From: a virus
Lineage: Duplodnaviria; Caudoviricetes
DNA: 64,000 nucleotides
Direction: 5' to 3' (one strand)
IMG/VR virus record: IMGVR_UViG_3300033069_001940
Span: 32,001-96,000 of that record
Shown in pieces: positions 30,177 through 40,398 of this stretch; within the stretch, counting starts at the first letter, position 1; each line of letters begins with the position of its first letter. A program made the position numbers and the translations under genes. The notes beneath the pieces were generated by a model. The model was not told the origin of the DNA. It saw nothing but the letters and a program-made list of their open reading frames with translations, and ran no database searches.

Positions 30177-30584
30177 ATGAATTATATAAATAAAATTGTA
30201 AAATTAGCTGCTGAATTTGAAGAAATGATTCCAGAAACATTACGCACTCCTTATTCTTCTGAGTATTCATTCTCTACGCCTGTAGTCGAGACGGAGCTTA
30301 GCGATGATGTTTTAGAATTAAAAGATAATTTATCTGATTTAGAATCAAAAATAGATCCTTTATTTTATATTTTAAAAAATATTAAAGAAAATATACAGTC
30401 ATCAAAATCTGCTTTAATAACATCTGATAAAGAACAATTATATTTAGATTTAGATACTTATTTATATAGTATTAAAAAATCTTTTTTATCATTTGAATCT
30501 TCTTTAAAAAAGATGCCAGAAATTAAAAATAAAATTATTGAAGTAGCTAATATGCATGTTCAATTGGGGCAACAACAAGATTAA
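30177..30584 (+). CDS. Coiled-coil protein with N-terminal VKLA leader
   Basis: MNYINKIVKLAAEFEE; heptad-rich body. Confidence 0.6.
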   Translation: MNYINKIVKLAAEFEEMIPETLRTPYSSEYSFSTPVVETELSDDVLELKDNLSDLESKIDPLFYILKNIKENIQSSKSALITSDKEQLYLDLDTYLYSIKKSFLSFESSLKKMPEIKNKIIEVANMHVQLGQQQD

Positions 30585-30642
30585 TCAATTATATTGGCGA
30601 GTCGATCTAAATATAATTTAAAAAGCTCTTTAAAAGGCTAAC

Positions 30643-32103
30643 TTGAGTTTAATTTTGATTCATGGTAAAAATTGTGAAATAGTTGAAGAAAACGATATTA
30701 ATTTTCTTCGAATGTTAGATGATGAATTATCATTTAAAATAATGGGCGCACAATATTCACGAGCATATATAGCTGGTCGATGGGACGGGATCTATCGTGT
30801 TTTAGAACGAGATTTAACTTTTAGTTATGGATTGCTTTCAAGGGTAATTGATTTATATAAAAAAAATAATAAATCAGTTAGGATTATAGACCAAAGGCCA
30901 GAAAAATCTAAAGTCTCTTCAATAGATATTATTACCCCTTTGACACAAATGGGCAAACCCCCTTATCAACATCAATTAGAGGCTTTAGAAGCGGCTAAAA
31001 ATAATGATTGCGGCATTATTAGATCGGCAACAGGGTCAGGAAAAAGTTTAATTTCCGCTTTAGTTACTGCACATTTTGGAAAGAAGACTATTATTTATGT
31101 TATTGGAACTGATTTATTGTATCAGTTTTATAAATTCTATCAGTCGATTTTTGGTCAAGATGTTGTCGGAATTGTTGGGGATGGATTATGTGAAATAAAA
31201 GATATTAATATTGTGAGTATTTGGACCGCCGGTCAGGCTTTAGGTTTGAAAAAATCACAAATAGTATTAGATTCTAGTGATGAGGAAAAAACCGATCCAT
31301 CAAAATATGATCAAATCAGAGAACTTCTTAGAACAGCTAAAGTTCATCAATTAGATGAATGTCACTTAGCTAGTTGTGATACTATTCAAGAAATTAATAA
31401 GGCTATTAATCCTGAATATATTTATGGAATGTCGGCCTCGCCTTGGCGTGATGATGGTTCTGATTTATTAATAGAATCGATTTTGGGTAAAAATATAATT
31501 GATATTTCTGCATCTTTGTTAATTGATCGCGGCATTTTGGTTAAACCAACTATTTTATTTAAAAAAGTTCCTTCTATGCGGATTAAAAAACAATATCAAA
31601 CAGTTTATAAAAATTATGTAATTAATAATGATGTAAGAAATAATATTATTGTTGATTCTACAATTCAATTAATAGAGCAAGGATACAAGCCATTAATTTT
31701 GTATAATAATATTAATCATGGTAAAAATATTTTTGACAAAATTAAAAATAAAATACCTTGTGTTTTACTGTCCGGAGCAGATGATTTATTAATTAGACAG
31801 CAGGCTAAAGAAGATATTGAGTCCGGTAAAATTAAAGCAATTTTAGCTAGTAAGATATATGACATAGGTGTTGATATTCCATGTCTATCCGGTTTAGTTT
31901 TAGCAGGCAGTGGGAAGTCGAGCGTTAGAGCTTTACAAAGAATAGGTCGAGTAATTAGAAAGTACGAGACGCCTTCATACAAAAAGAAAAGAGCTGCTAT
32001 TATAGATTTTAATGATGATGTTCATTATCTAAGAGAGCATTCAAAAGAAAGATATAAAATCTATTTATCAGAAAAAGGATTTGAAGTTTTGTGGTCCAAG
32101 TGA
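30643..32103 (+). CDS. Superfamily 2 helicase (UvsW/XPB-like)
   Basis: ATGSGKS, DECH, SASP, GVDIP, QRIGRVIR. TTG start. Confidence 0.9.
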   Translation: MSLILIHGKNCEIVEENDINFLRMLDDELSFKIMGAQYSRAYIAGRWDGIYRVLERDLTFSYGLLSRVIDLYKKNNKSVRIIDQRPEKSKVSSIDIITPLTQMGKPPYQHQLEALEAAKNNDCGIIRSATGSGKSLISALVTAHFGKKTIIYVIGTDLLYQFYKFYQSIFGQDVVGIVGDGLCEIKDINIVSIWTAGQALGLKKSQIVLDSSDEEKTDPSKYDQIRELLRTAKVHQLDECHLASCDTIQEINKAINPEYIYGMSASPWRDDGSDLLIESILGKNIIDISASLLIDRGILVKPTILFKKVPSMRIKKQYQTVYKNYVINNDVRNNIIVDSTIQLIEQGYKPLILYNNINHGKNIFDKIKNKIPCVLLSGADDLLIRQQAKEDIESGKIKAILASKIYDIGVDIPCLSGLVLAGSGKSSVRALQRIGRVIRKYETPSYKKKRAAIIDFNDDVHYLREHSKERYKIYLSEKGFEVLWSK

Positions 32104-32163
32104 ATTTTAAGTTCGTGATAGTCTACGAGGCTCTTGTTTTCAATTTGAAAATACGACACACAT

Positions 32164-32763
32164 ATGACAATTGAAAAAGAAGATAAATTAGTTCCATTAC
32201 CAAATAAATGGTGGGCGAATTTCTTTGAAAAATTCAAAGAAATAGAAACTTTGAAAATTTCTCAATGGAAAGAAATTCATCATTTAGCTTATATCTGTAA
32301 AAGATATAAAGATATTTATGGCCGCCAATTTTCATTTTCTTTTAAATCATCTCCGGGCAAATGCCCAGAGATGGTTTTGGTTAAAAGAATTGGCCCCATG
32401 ATCGGAACCTCTAATCAAAAAATAATCAAAGAGTATATTGATTGGGTTTTTGATGAGAAAATTATTCCTAAAAATATGCATCTCAGGTCTTTGGGTTTTC
32501 TGACATTACCTGGATTAGGTAATGAATTTTTAGCAGCTAAAGCTAAAGCTAAAATAATTGATAAAACAACTATTCTTCCTAAAGAATATCAAGATATTGT
32601 CGATCGATTCGAGCTTCCAATTCAGACTTATGGAGATTTAGCTTTTGCTAAAAATGCAATTGATGAAGCGCCAGAAGATGAATCTAGATTACCATATAAA
32701 AATATGTTAAATCAACTATATTGTATGGGGCTAGAGCCAAGCATTTTAAGTGGATTAAAATGA
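32164..32763 (+). CDS. Hypothetical protein in the replication module
   Basis: Intact ORF between the SF2 helicase and the DnaC/DnaB genes. Confidence 0.6.
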   Translation: MTIEKEDKLVPLPNKWWANFFEKFKEIETLKISQWKEIHHLAYICKRYKDIYGRQFSFSFKSSPGKCPEMVLVKRIGPMIGTSNQKIIKEYIDWVFDEKIIPKNMHLRSLGFLTLPGLGNEFLAAKAKAKIIDKTTILPKEYQDIVDRFELPIQTYGDLAFAKNAIDEAPEDESRLPYKNMLNQLYCMGLEPSILSGLK

Positions 32764-33308
32764 TAGGACAAATAGTTAAGGTTTATCTGGTTAACGGAAC
32801 TGGAGTAGATGGCCGGTTAACAGAATTAAATAATAAAAGATTAATTCTTGATTCAATCGAATCAGAGGAACAATTAATGATTCTTAATCCTTATAAAAAT
32901 ATTATAATGATTAGAACTTTTTCTTCTCTTAAAAAAGAAGTTGAGAAAAACAATCTTAATGTTAAAGAAACTTCTCCTTCTAAAAAAGAAGCTGTGGTGG
33001 AAAATGAAATAGAAGAAAATGAAAGAGAAGAAACTGAAGATGAAATTTCCCCATTAGCTTTGAGGGCAAGAAACATTGCCGAGCTAAAAGCAATGGAAGC
33101 CAAAGCTGAAGCAGAGCAAATTGCGGCAGCGTTAAAAAAACAAGAGATTTTAGAAAATAGAAAAAATATAGACACTTACGAGGATAAATATGGGGAAATC
33201 GATTATGCCAAGTGTAGCTCTCAGAAACCTACCACAAAAAAAAGTAGTAGATATGATGGAAAGAACACTTCTAGATTGCCAGACGTGTTCTTCAAACAAA
33301 GAAAGTAA
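32760..33308 (+). CDS. Sm/Hfq-like N-terminal domain with acidic/coiled-coil tail
   Basis: IGQIVKVYLVNGTGVDGRLTELNNKRLILD resembles the Hfq Sm1 motif (VSIYLVNGIKLQGQI). ATGA-coupled start. Confidence 0.5.
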   Translation: MIGQIVKVYLVNGTGVDGRLTELNNKRLILDSIESEEQLMILNPYKNIIMIRTFSSLKKEVEKNNLNVKETSPSKKEAVVENEIEENEREETEDEISPLALRARNIAELKAMEAKAEAEQIAAALKKQEILENRKNIDTYEDKYGEIDYAKCSSQKPTTKKSSRYDGKNTSRLPDVFFKQRK

Positions 33309-33927
33309 TTTAACCAACGCCTGTGATCGTTGTAAAACAATTAATACTGCTTTAATTAGATATTCCGAAGCTAACATTCCGGTTAAATATTGGAATTTAT
33401 CAGTGGCTCCAGAAGATTTTACTGGAGATAAGGTTCTTTTAAGTAAATATCAAGAAGTGGTAAAAGATATAAAAACCTCTTACCGAAAAGGTATTTGTTT
33501 ATGTTTTGCGGGTGCTAATGGTCTTGGTAAAACATTAATTTCAACTTCAATTCTAAAGAGAGCCGTAGAAAAAGGTTATACGGCTTTATATACTACATTA
33601 AGCGATATAGTTAATGTTTTAGTTTCTGCTTCTTCTGAAGAAAAGAATTTAGCAAGAAAAGAATTAATGCAAGTTGATTTTCTAGTAATTGACGAATTTG
33701 ATCCTAGACATATGGGTTCAGATAATGCAGCAGATTTATTTGGAAGAGTATTAGAAGATGTGTTAAGGAATAGAACTCAAAACACACTTCCTTTATTTTT
33801 ATGTACCAATTCGCCCTCTGTATTGGATTCTTTTTCCGGACCAATCAAAATGAGTATTGGTAGTTTAATGAATTATGTTACTACTGTTTCAGTTCTTGGC
33901 AAAGATCAAAGAAAACAAGGCAAATGA
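33190..33927 (+). CDS. DnaC/IstB-like helicase loader ATPase
   Basis: CxxC...CxxC, GANGLGKT (Walker A), FLVIDE (Walker B), R..N..P..CTN. Confidence 0.85.
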   Translation: MGKSIMPSVALRNLPQKKVVDMMERTLLDCQTCSSNKESNLTNACDRCKTINTALIRYSEANIPVKYWNLSVAPEDFTGDKVLLSKYQEVVKDIKTSYRKGICLCFAGANGLGKTLISTSILKRAVEKGYTALYTTLSDIVNVLVSASSEEKNLARKELMQVDFLVIDEFDPRHMGSDNAADLFGRVLEDVLRNRTQNTLPLFLCTNSPSVLDSFSGPIKMSIGSLMNYVTTVSVLGKDQRKQGK

Positions 33928-35357
33928 TGGAAGAAGACTTAGACTTAATTATAGAAGAGCAAGACCTTAGAATCTTAAAATCAGTTACTTCAGATCTAAA
34001 TTGTGGTTTAGAGTTTGCACAAACTTATAGTGAAGATTTATTTGTTGGCGACGCTAAAAAGTTAGCTAAACCTGTTTTATCTTATCTTAGAGCTTACAAA
34101 AATTTACCAACTGAACGTGTTTTAATTGAGCATTCTCGTACAAAAGAGGATAAGCAAGTTATTTCGCATTTATGGCAAGAAGTTCAGAAAACTGAATTTG
34201 ATCAAAGCGAATTTAGGTATGAATTAGATAAGATTAAAAATAGATATACTGTAAATAAAATTCAATCTCTAAAAGATTTAGAGTTTGGAGAAGACTTAGA
34301 GCAAACTATACGAAGAATTCAGACAGAATTAGAATCTGTCAAACAGATTCGTTCTGGTAAAGCGGCCACTTTTACTCAAAAAACATTAAAAAGTTACGTT
34401 CCAGAATTTAAAAAAGTTTACAATGATAAATATAACGATAAAACTTTAGGTCGTGGCATATTAACTGGGTATTCATTTTTAGATTATGTAAAGAACGGAT
34501 TATTACCATCTGATATGGTGGTAATAGGTGGAGAGACAGCTTCGGGAAAATCTGTGTTTTTAAACAATTTAGCTGTTCAAATGTGGATGCAGAAAAATAC
34601 TCTTGATACTCATCCTTCAGAGTTTACAAAAGGGTGCAATGTTCTGTATTTTTCATTAGAAATGCCATACGAGATGTGTGCTCGACGTACGTTTGGACGC
34701 TTGGCTGATGTTCCCTTATATGCTTTAAGGGATTCTACTCTTAATCGCTCTGAAATGGAATCAATGGCCAAGGCAACTTCTTTTATTGAGAAGTATCCAT
34801 TTGAATTTGAAATAGTTGATATTCCTAGAGGAGTAACGGTTGACCAAATTGAGGCTAGATTTTTAGATGCTCGTCAAAGATTTCAGCCAGATGTAATTGT
34901 CGTCGATTATCTTGGTTTATTAGAAGACCATGAGGCTCAAGGTGATGATTGGTTAAAATTAGGTTTTATTGCTGGCAAACTTCATGAATTAGCTAGAGCT
35001 TATAATATCGTGATGTTGACGGCTGTTCAACTTAATAGAATTAGTTCTAAAAATCCAGACCATAATGAAGTAGTTGGCATGCATAGAATTGGTCGATCAT
35101 CATTAATCATGCATAATGCTACAGTTGGAATTCAAATTGAAACCAGAAAAGACGAGCACTTATTTGCTGATTTTAGGTATCACATAATTAAGAATCGGGA
35201 CGGCGCTTTGGGCGGCCATTCTCTTAAAAAGAATTTTAAAAATGCTTCACTGTTAGATACAGAATATGTTTCTGATGGCATTATTTCGACGGCTAGCGAT
35301 AATGATGTGCAAGATATCTCAGACTTATTAGCTAAGTATAAATGGAATCAAAAATAA
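33924..35357 (+). CDS. dnaB: Replicative DnaB-like helicase
   Basis: TGYSFLD, GGETASGKS, FSLEM, VVDYLGL, AVQLNR, IIKNRDG. Confidence 0.9.
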   Translation: MMEEDLDLIIEEQDLRILKSVTSDLNCGLEFAQTYSEDLFVGDAKKLAKPVLSYLRAYKNLPTERVLIEHSRTKEDKQVISHLWQEVQKTEFDQSEFRYELDKIKNRYTVNKIQSLKDLEFGEDLEQTIRRIQTELESVKQIRSGKAATFTQKTLKSYVPEFKKVYNDKYNDKTLGRGILTGYSFLDYVKNGLLPSDMVVIGGETASGKSVFLNNLAVQMWMQKNTLDTHPSEFTKGCNVLYFSLEMPYEMCARRTFGRLADVPLYALRDSTLNRSEMESMAKATSFIEKYPFEFEIVDIPRGVTVDQIEARFLDARQRFQPDVIVVDYLGLLEDHEAQGDDWLKLGFIAGKLHELARAYNIVMLTAVQLNRISSKNPDHNEVVGMHRIGRSSLIMHNATVGIQIETRKDEHLFADFRYHIIKNRDGALGGHSLKKNFKNASLLDTEYVSDGIISTASDNDVQDISDLLAKYKWNQK

Positions 35358-35557
35358 TGAACAACAAATGGAAACATAAAATAGTTGCCAAAGCAATTAG
35401 GGTAGAAGTTTCTCAAAAAAAAGATCAATTATTTTTGGTTTTTGAGATTGTGGACCAAGATTTTAAAAATCAAATTAAAAAGGATTGGTTGCAAGATATT
35501 GATTTAAAGTTAATTGATAAAGATTTGGTAGCGATGGATTACAACGAGGATAAATGA
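35342..35557 (+). CDS. Hypothetical protein
   Basis: Coupled short ORF. Confidence 0.55.
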   Translation: MESKIMNNKWKHKIVAKAIRVEVSQKKDQLFLVFEIVDQDFKNQIKKDWLQDIDLKLIDKDLVAMDYNEDK

Positions 35558-36024
35558 AAAAACGAATTATAACTAAAGATTCATATACAATTAAAAATTT
35601 ACAAAAAGATTCATATGAAGTTTCAAAATCCAAAGGTTTTTGGGAGGGTTTTGAAAGAGGTGATTTAGCAGCCCTTAGTGGCCAATTGCTTTTGATTCAT
35701 TCCGAAGTCAGCGAGGCTTGTGAATTAGATAGAAAATCAAATCTTTTTAAAGAAGAGGGCTATGATATTCTGAAGCCGCTATATGAAGACACTGAAGGTG
35801 AATATACAGAAAAAGCAAGAGAAATAGTTCCAATTTCGGCTGACGGAAGTTATATTGAAATTAGACCAAATAAACCAGTTAGTTTGGGAAGTGAATTGGC
35901 TGATATTGTAATTAGAACCGCTCAATTAGCTGAACATCTAAATCTAGATTTAGATTTCTATATAAAAGAAAAGATGGTATATAACACATCTAGGAAAGTA
36001 AAGCATGGCGGAAAAAAGTATTAA
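35554..36024 (+). CDS. MazG-like nucleotide pyrophosphohydrolase
   Basis: IHSEVSEACE, ELADIVIR, KMVYN.SR..KHGGK. Confidence 0.8.
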   Translation: MKKRIITKDSYTIKNLQKDSYEVSKSKGFWEGFERGDLAALSGQLLLIHSEVSEACELDRKSNLFKEEGYDILKPLYEDTEGEYTEKAREIVPISADGSYIEIRPNKPVSLGSELADIVIRTAQLAEHLNLDLDFYIKEKMVYNTSRKVKHGGKKY

Positions 36025-36547
36025 TTTAGAAGAAAATTGGATTCAGACTTTTACAGGTAAATCATTTTTCCCATTATCTCCAAATTCAGAAGATGTCTGT
36101 ATTGAAGATATCGCTCATGCTTTAAGTTTAATTTGCAGATTTAATGGTCATTCTTTGGGATTTTATAGTGTGGCGCAACATTGTATTTTAGTTTCAAAAT
36201 ATTGCAGTGAGAAAAATAAGTTGGCAGGATTATTACATGATTCGGCAGAAGCATATATTTGTGATATTCCTAAGCCATTAAAACATAGTAAAGATTTTGC
36301 TAGATATAGATATATTGAGTCTATGGTAGAAGCATCTATCGCTTTTAAATTTGCAACTCATTGGGAAATTGAAGAAGTTAAAGATGTCGATTTTAAAATG
36401 TTAGCAACTGAAAAAAGAGATTTGATGGCGCCCTCTCAAAAAGATTGGGGGTGGCTGCCAGAACCTTATCCAGAAAAAATAATTCCTTTATCCCCAAAGG
36501 AAGCTGAAGAATTATTTTTAAAAACATTTATTCAATTAAAAAGGTAA
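36005..36547 (+). CDS. HD-domain phosphohydrolase (YfbR/YfdR-like deoxynucleotidase)
   Basis: IEDIAHALS..CRFNGH, YSVAQH, LLHDSAEAY, D..MLATEKRDL. Confidence 0.88.
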   Translation: MAEKSINLEENWIQTFTGKSFFPLSPNSEDVCIEDIAHALSLICRFNGHSLGFYSVAQHCILVSKYCSEKNKLAGLLHDSAEAYICDIPKPLKHSKDFARYRYIESMVEASIAFKFATHWEIEEVKDVDFKMLATEKRDLMAPSQKDWGWLPEPYPEKIIPLSPKEAEELFLKTFIQLKR

Positions 36548-36549
36548 AT

Positions 36550-36870
36550 ATGTTATATGATCATTTGTGCAGCGCTTGTAATACAGAATTTGAATTAGAA
36601 TATTCTATTAAAGAAGATCCGCCTACAAAATGTCCATTATGTGGCGTTGATGGGCAGGTTAAACGGTTGATTTCCTATGCTACTCCAGGCAAGGTTGAAT
36701 TATATGGAAGAGAACTTCAAGAAAAGAATAAAGAAGACGCTAGGAAGATGGTTAGAGATGGTGGAGAGAATTTTGTGGCCAATATTCTTGGCGAAAGTAG
36801 ATATAACTCTTTAGCTAGTAACGCCGACCAATCTCGCGGTAAAAAATCCACATTTAGAAGAACAAAATAA
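36550..36870 (+). CDS. FmdB-like zinc-ribbon protein
   Basis: YDHLCSAC..EFE...CPLCG....RLIS. Confidence 0.75.
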   Translation: MLYDHLCSACNTEFELEYSIKEDPPTKCPLCGVDGQVKRLISYATPGKVELYGRELQEKNKEDARKMVRDGGENFVANILGESRYNSLASNADQSRGKKSTFRRTK

Positions 36871-36877
36871 AGGAATA

Positions 36878-37354
36878 ATGTTTGAAGAAAAAGTTACAAA
36901 TTATGAGGTTAAATCATTAGATGAATTAAATCAATTCGTTGAGCAGAAAAAATCTGAAGGGTATACGGAAATAATTCCTGCTGATAATGTTAGGGAATTT
37001 AAAAAAGGATTTTTTGTTTCTGAGCCTTGGCCAGATATTAACGATCCTAAAAATAAAGAAAAAATAATTTCTAAAGAAGTGTTTTTTGTCAATAGTTTTT
37101 ATGTTACATATTCAATTTATCCAACAGCTAAAATTAATCCATGCCAATATGTTGAAGATGTCGAGGAAATTAAAAAATTATTAAATGCTTATTGGGGTAA
37201 ATTACAAAAAGCTGACAATCCAAAACAGCTTAGGGCGGGTTTTGTTTGGTATGATTACGATAAGAATGAAATTAATTCTTTTGAATTTCATATGAAACAT
37301 GTACGAGAATTAAAAGATATTTTAATTAGAGATAATTTTTGGACTTATGGTTAA
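36878..37354 (+). CDS. Hypothetical protein
   Basis: ORF with an AAGGA RBS. Confidence 0.6.
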   Translation: MFEEKVTNYEVKSLDELNQFVEQKKSEGYTEIIPADNVREFKKGFFVSEPWPDINDPKNKEKIISKEVFFVNSFYVTYSIYPTAKINPCQYVEDVEEIKKLLNAYWGKLQKADNPKQLRAGFVWYDYDKNEINSFEFHMKHVRELKDILIRDNFWTYG

Positions 37355-37412
37355 TTATTAAAGACTCTTAATACTTCGAGCCTCTTGGTTTAAAACCATA
37401 ACTCTTTTAGTT

Positions 37413-38102
37413 ATGAGTTTAAAAAATATCCAAGAACAAAACGAAAAAGTAGAAAAAATAATAGATCAGTTTCTTCTTTTAAAGAAGAATTCAGTTAAAT
37501 CTTTGGCCAACAAACAAGAATTTGAAAAATTTCAAAACTTTTGTATGAAAGAATTAAATTTTTTAGTTCAAAAAAGAGTTGCTAAATATAAAAAGTTTTC
37601 TAATTATCAAGATTTGCAACAAGATGGATATGAGGCTCTTCTTTATGCTCTTCGGACCTTTAAAAGAGAAAAAGGCTGCTTCTCTTGGTGGGCTGATAAG
37701 TATATTAGCACAAGAGTGTCGAGGGCTGCTAACACACATTCCACAATCCGTTTCCCTTTAAAAGTTACAAAAGAGTCAAAGCCTCATAAAATTAGTATTG
37801 ATACTTCATCAACGGATGAACAATCTCAAATTATATTTTCGCAGGAAACTTATCCTTCTTCAGCTTTTCTGTTAGAAAAAGCCGAAGAAAACGCTATAGT
37901 GGGAGTTTTGTTAAATAAAATTGACCAACCTTATCAAGATTTATTAAAATTGACATATGGATTGGCTAATGAGATGGCTTTGCCAGTATCAAAAATAATT
38001 AAACAATTTCAAATATCTAGGTCTCAATATCTAAGGCTTCTAGAGGAAGCTAAAACAAAATTTAAAAATTTGTTAGATAATTATGAATATTCTGACAAAT
38101 AA
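37413..38102 (+). CDS. Phage sigma70-family RNA polymerase sigma factor
   Basis: Region 2 DLQQDGYEALLYALRTF...FSWWA..YI; region 4 HTH-like C-terminus. Confidence 0.8.
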   Translation: MSLKNIQEQNEKVEKIIDQFLLLKKNSVKSLANKQEFEKFQNFCMKELNFLVQKRVAKYKKFSNYQDLQQDGYEALLYALRTFKREKGCFSWWADKYISTRVSRAANTHSTIRFPLKVTKESKPHKISIDTSSTDEQSQIIFSQETYPSSAFLLEKAEENAIVGVLLNKIDQPYQDLLKLTYGLANEMALPVSKIIKQFQISRSQYLRLLEEAKTKFKNLLDNYEYSDK

Positions 38103-38143
38103 TAACCTAAAGATTCTTTAGGTTAGTCATTCGGAGAAAATTA

Positions 38144-40012
38144 ATGCATTCTAATATTAACAGTACAGAAATATTAAGCGAAATTACAATATTTAATAAA
38201 TACGCCAAGTATGTTCCAGAAATATACAGGAGAGAAACTTGGGAAGAGTTATGCGAAAGAAATATGAATATGCATATTAAAAAATATCCTGAATTGGAGA
38301 ATGAAATAAGATATGTGTATGCGAATTTTGTTCTGAAAAAGAAAGTGCTACCAAGCATGAGATCAATGCAATTTGCTGGTAAGCCAATTGAACTATCACC
38401 AAATAGAATTTTTAATTGTGCATTTTGTCCTATTGATGATTATCGTGTTTTTTCTGAAATAATGTTTCTTTTGCTTGGCGGTACGGGTGTTGGATATTCT
38501 GTACAAAAACATCATGTAGCAAAGCTTCCTCCAGTTAAAAAACCAGTGCGTACACGTCGGTATGTAGTTAGTGATTCAATTGAAGGTTGGGCCGACGCTG
38601 TAAAGGCGTTGGTTGGAGCCTACTTAGCCGGAAAGGCTTTACCAGTTTTTGATTATTCAGATATTAGACCTAAAGGCGCCGCCCTTGTTACGTCTGGCGG
38701 TAAAGCCCCAGGCCCTGAGCCTTTAAAAGATTGCATTCATAATTTACAAAAAATATTTGATAGAAAAAATGACGGAGAACAACTTACTACACTTGAAGCT
38801 CATGATGTAACTTGTTTTATAGCCGATGCAGTTTTGGCTGGCGGTATTCGTAGAGCCGCTTTAATTTCTTTATTTAATATTGATGATGAAGATATGTTAA
38901 GTTGTAAGGCTGGAAATTGGTGGGAGTTGAACCCACAAAGAGCCAGGGCTAATAATTCAGCCGTTGTCATGAGACATAAAGTTACTAAAGAAGATTTTAT
39001 GAATCTTTGGTCCAAAGTAAAAGCTTCAAGAAGTGGCGAGCCAGGAATCTTATTCTCAAATAATTCCGAGTGGGGCACGAATCCTTGCAGCGAAATAGGT
39101 TTAAGACCATTCCAATTTTGTAATTTGGTTGAAATAAATCTTTCAAATATTGAATCTCAAGAAGATCTTAATGAAAGAGCTAAAGCAGTTTCTTTTATTG
39201 CAACACTTCAGGCGGGATATACTGATTTTCATTATTTAAGAGACGTTTGGAAAAGAACAACGGAAAAAGACGCTTTGTTAGGCGTATCTGGCACCGGAAT
39301 AGCATCACAAGCTTATCTCAAGTGTAATTTACAAGAAGCGGCTGAAATAGTAAAACAAGAAAATAAAAGGATTGCTAAAATTATTGGTATCAATACTGCT
39401 GCTAGACAGACTTGTGTAAAACCTTCTGGCACCTCATCACTTGTTCTTGGTACATCATCAGGAATTCATGCCTGGTTTGATAAATTTTATATTCGTCGAA
39501 TGAAGCTTGGCAAAAATGAGCCACTTTATAAGTATTTAAAAGAAAAAATGCCAAACTTAATTGAAGATGATTTCTTTAAACCAAATTTAGATGCATTTGT
39601 AATGATTCCAGTGGCGGCACCAAAAGACGCTGTAATTGCTCCAAATGAATCTGCTTTAGATCTATTAGAAAGAATTAAACATTTTTCTGAAAATTGGGTT
39701 AAGCCTGGCCATGTTAAAGGTGATAATACTCATAATGTTTCTGCGACTGTTTATATTAAGGACCATGAATGGGAAAATGTAGCTGAATGGATGTGGAGTA
39801 ATAGAGACTCATATAATGGGCTAGCTGTATTGCCATTTGATGGTGGTACTTATACGCAGGCTCCACATGAATCAATTACAGAAGAAAAATATAACGAATT
39901 AGTTTCGTATATCAAAAATATTGATTTATCTGAAGTTGTTGAATCTATTGATAATACCTCTAGAAGTCAAGAACTTGCTTGTGCTGGCGGGGTTTGTGAA
40001 ATTCAATATTAG
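38144..40012 (+). CDS. nrdJ: Class II (B12-dependent) ribonucleotide reductase
   Basis: RRETWEE, FNCAF, GTGVG, GGIRRAA, TNPCSEI, CNLVE, VKPSGT, C-terminal CAGGVC. Confidence 0.92.
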   Translation: MHSNINSTEILSEITIFNKYAKYVPEIYRRETWEELCERNMNMHIKKYPELENEIRYVYANFVLKKKVLPSMRSMQFAGKPIELSPNRIFNCAFCPIDDYRVFSEIMFLLLGGTGVGYSVQKHHVAKLPPVKKPVRTRRYVVSDSIEGWADAVKALVGAYLAGKALPVFDYSDIRPKGAALVTSGGKAPGPEPLKDCIHNLQKIFDRKNDGEQLTTLEAHDVTCFIADAVLAGGIRRAALISLFNIDDEDMLSCKAGNWWELNPQRARANNSAVVMRHKVTKEDFMNLWSKVKASRSGEPGILFSNNSEWGTNPCSEIGLRPFQFCNLVEINLSNIESQEDLNERAKAVSFIATLQAGYTDFHYLRDVWKRTTEKDALLGVSGTGIASQAYLKCNLQEAAEIVKQENKRIAKIIGINTAARQTCVKPSGTSSLVLGTSSGIHAWFDKFYIRRMKLGKNEPLYKYLKEKMPNLIEDDFFKPNLDAFVMIPVAAPKDAVIAPNESALDLLERIKHFSENWVKPGHVKGDNTHNVSATVYIKDHEWENVAEWMWSNRDSYNGLAVLPFDGGTYTQAPHESITEEKYNELVSYIKNIDLSEVVESIDNTSRSQELACAGGVCEIQY

Positions 40013-40017
40013 CAAAT

Positions 40018-40398
40018 ATGGATAAATTAGTCCTATCTAATAGAGAAGATATTCGTAAGATTGAAGAAATGGAGCGAATTAATTTTATTCGCTCCATTCT
40101 TCTCTCTATGGAAATTCCAATAGAAAATTGTTTTCCAGAAAATGAAGAAGATGAATGGTCTACTGAAAATAAAATTGAATTGAGAAAAATTTTATCACAA
40201 TTTAAAATAGATTTAGTAGATGATTTTGATGGAGGAATTAAAATTTTCGTTGATAAAGAAGTCATCGCTGAATGGTTTAAGCCTGTGTTTTTGTTAAAAA
40301 CAGATTTTTCCGAGCCTAACCCTAAAAATAGACTCTATGCCGAGATACATTTTAGAGCGCGGTCTCTTTTTGAAGAACAGGAATCAAATGCCAGTTGA
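40018..40398 (+). CDS. Hypothetical protein
   Basis: ORF in operon. Confidence 0.6.
   Translation: MDKLVLSNREDIRKIEEMERINFIRSILLSMEIPIENCFPENEEDEWSTENKIELRKILSQFKIDLVDDFDGGIKIFVDKEVIAEWFKPVFLLKTDFSEPNPKNRLYAEIHFRARSLFEEQESNAS

Noticed and set aside
35554-36547. 2-aminoadenine (Z-genome) cluster
   Set aside because: No PurZ/PurA-like gene in the window; MazG plus HD alone is insufficient.
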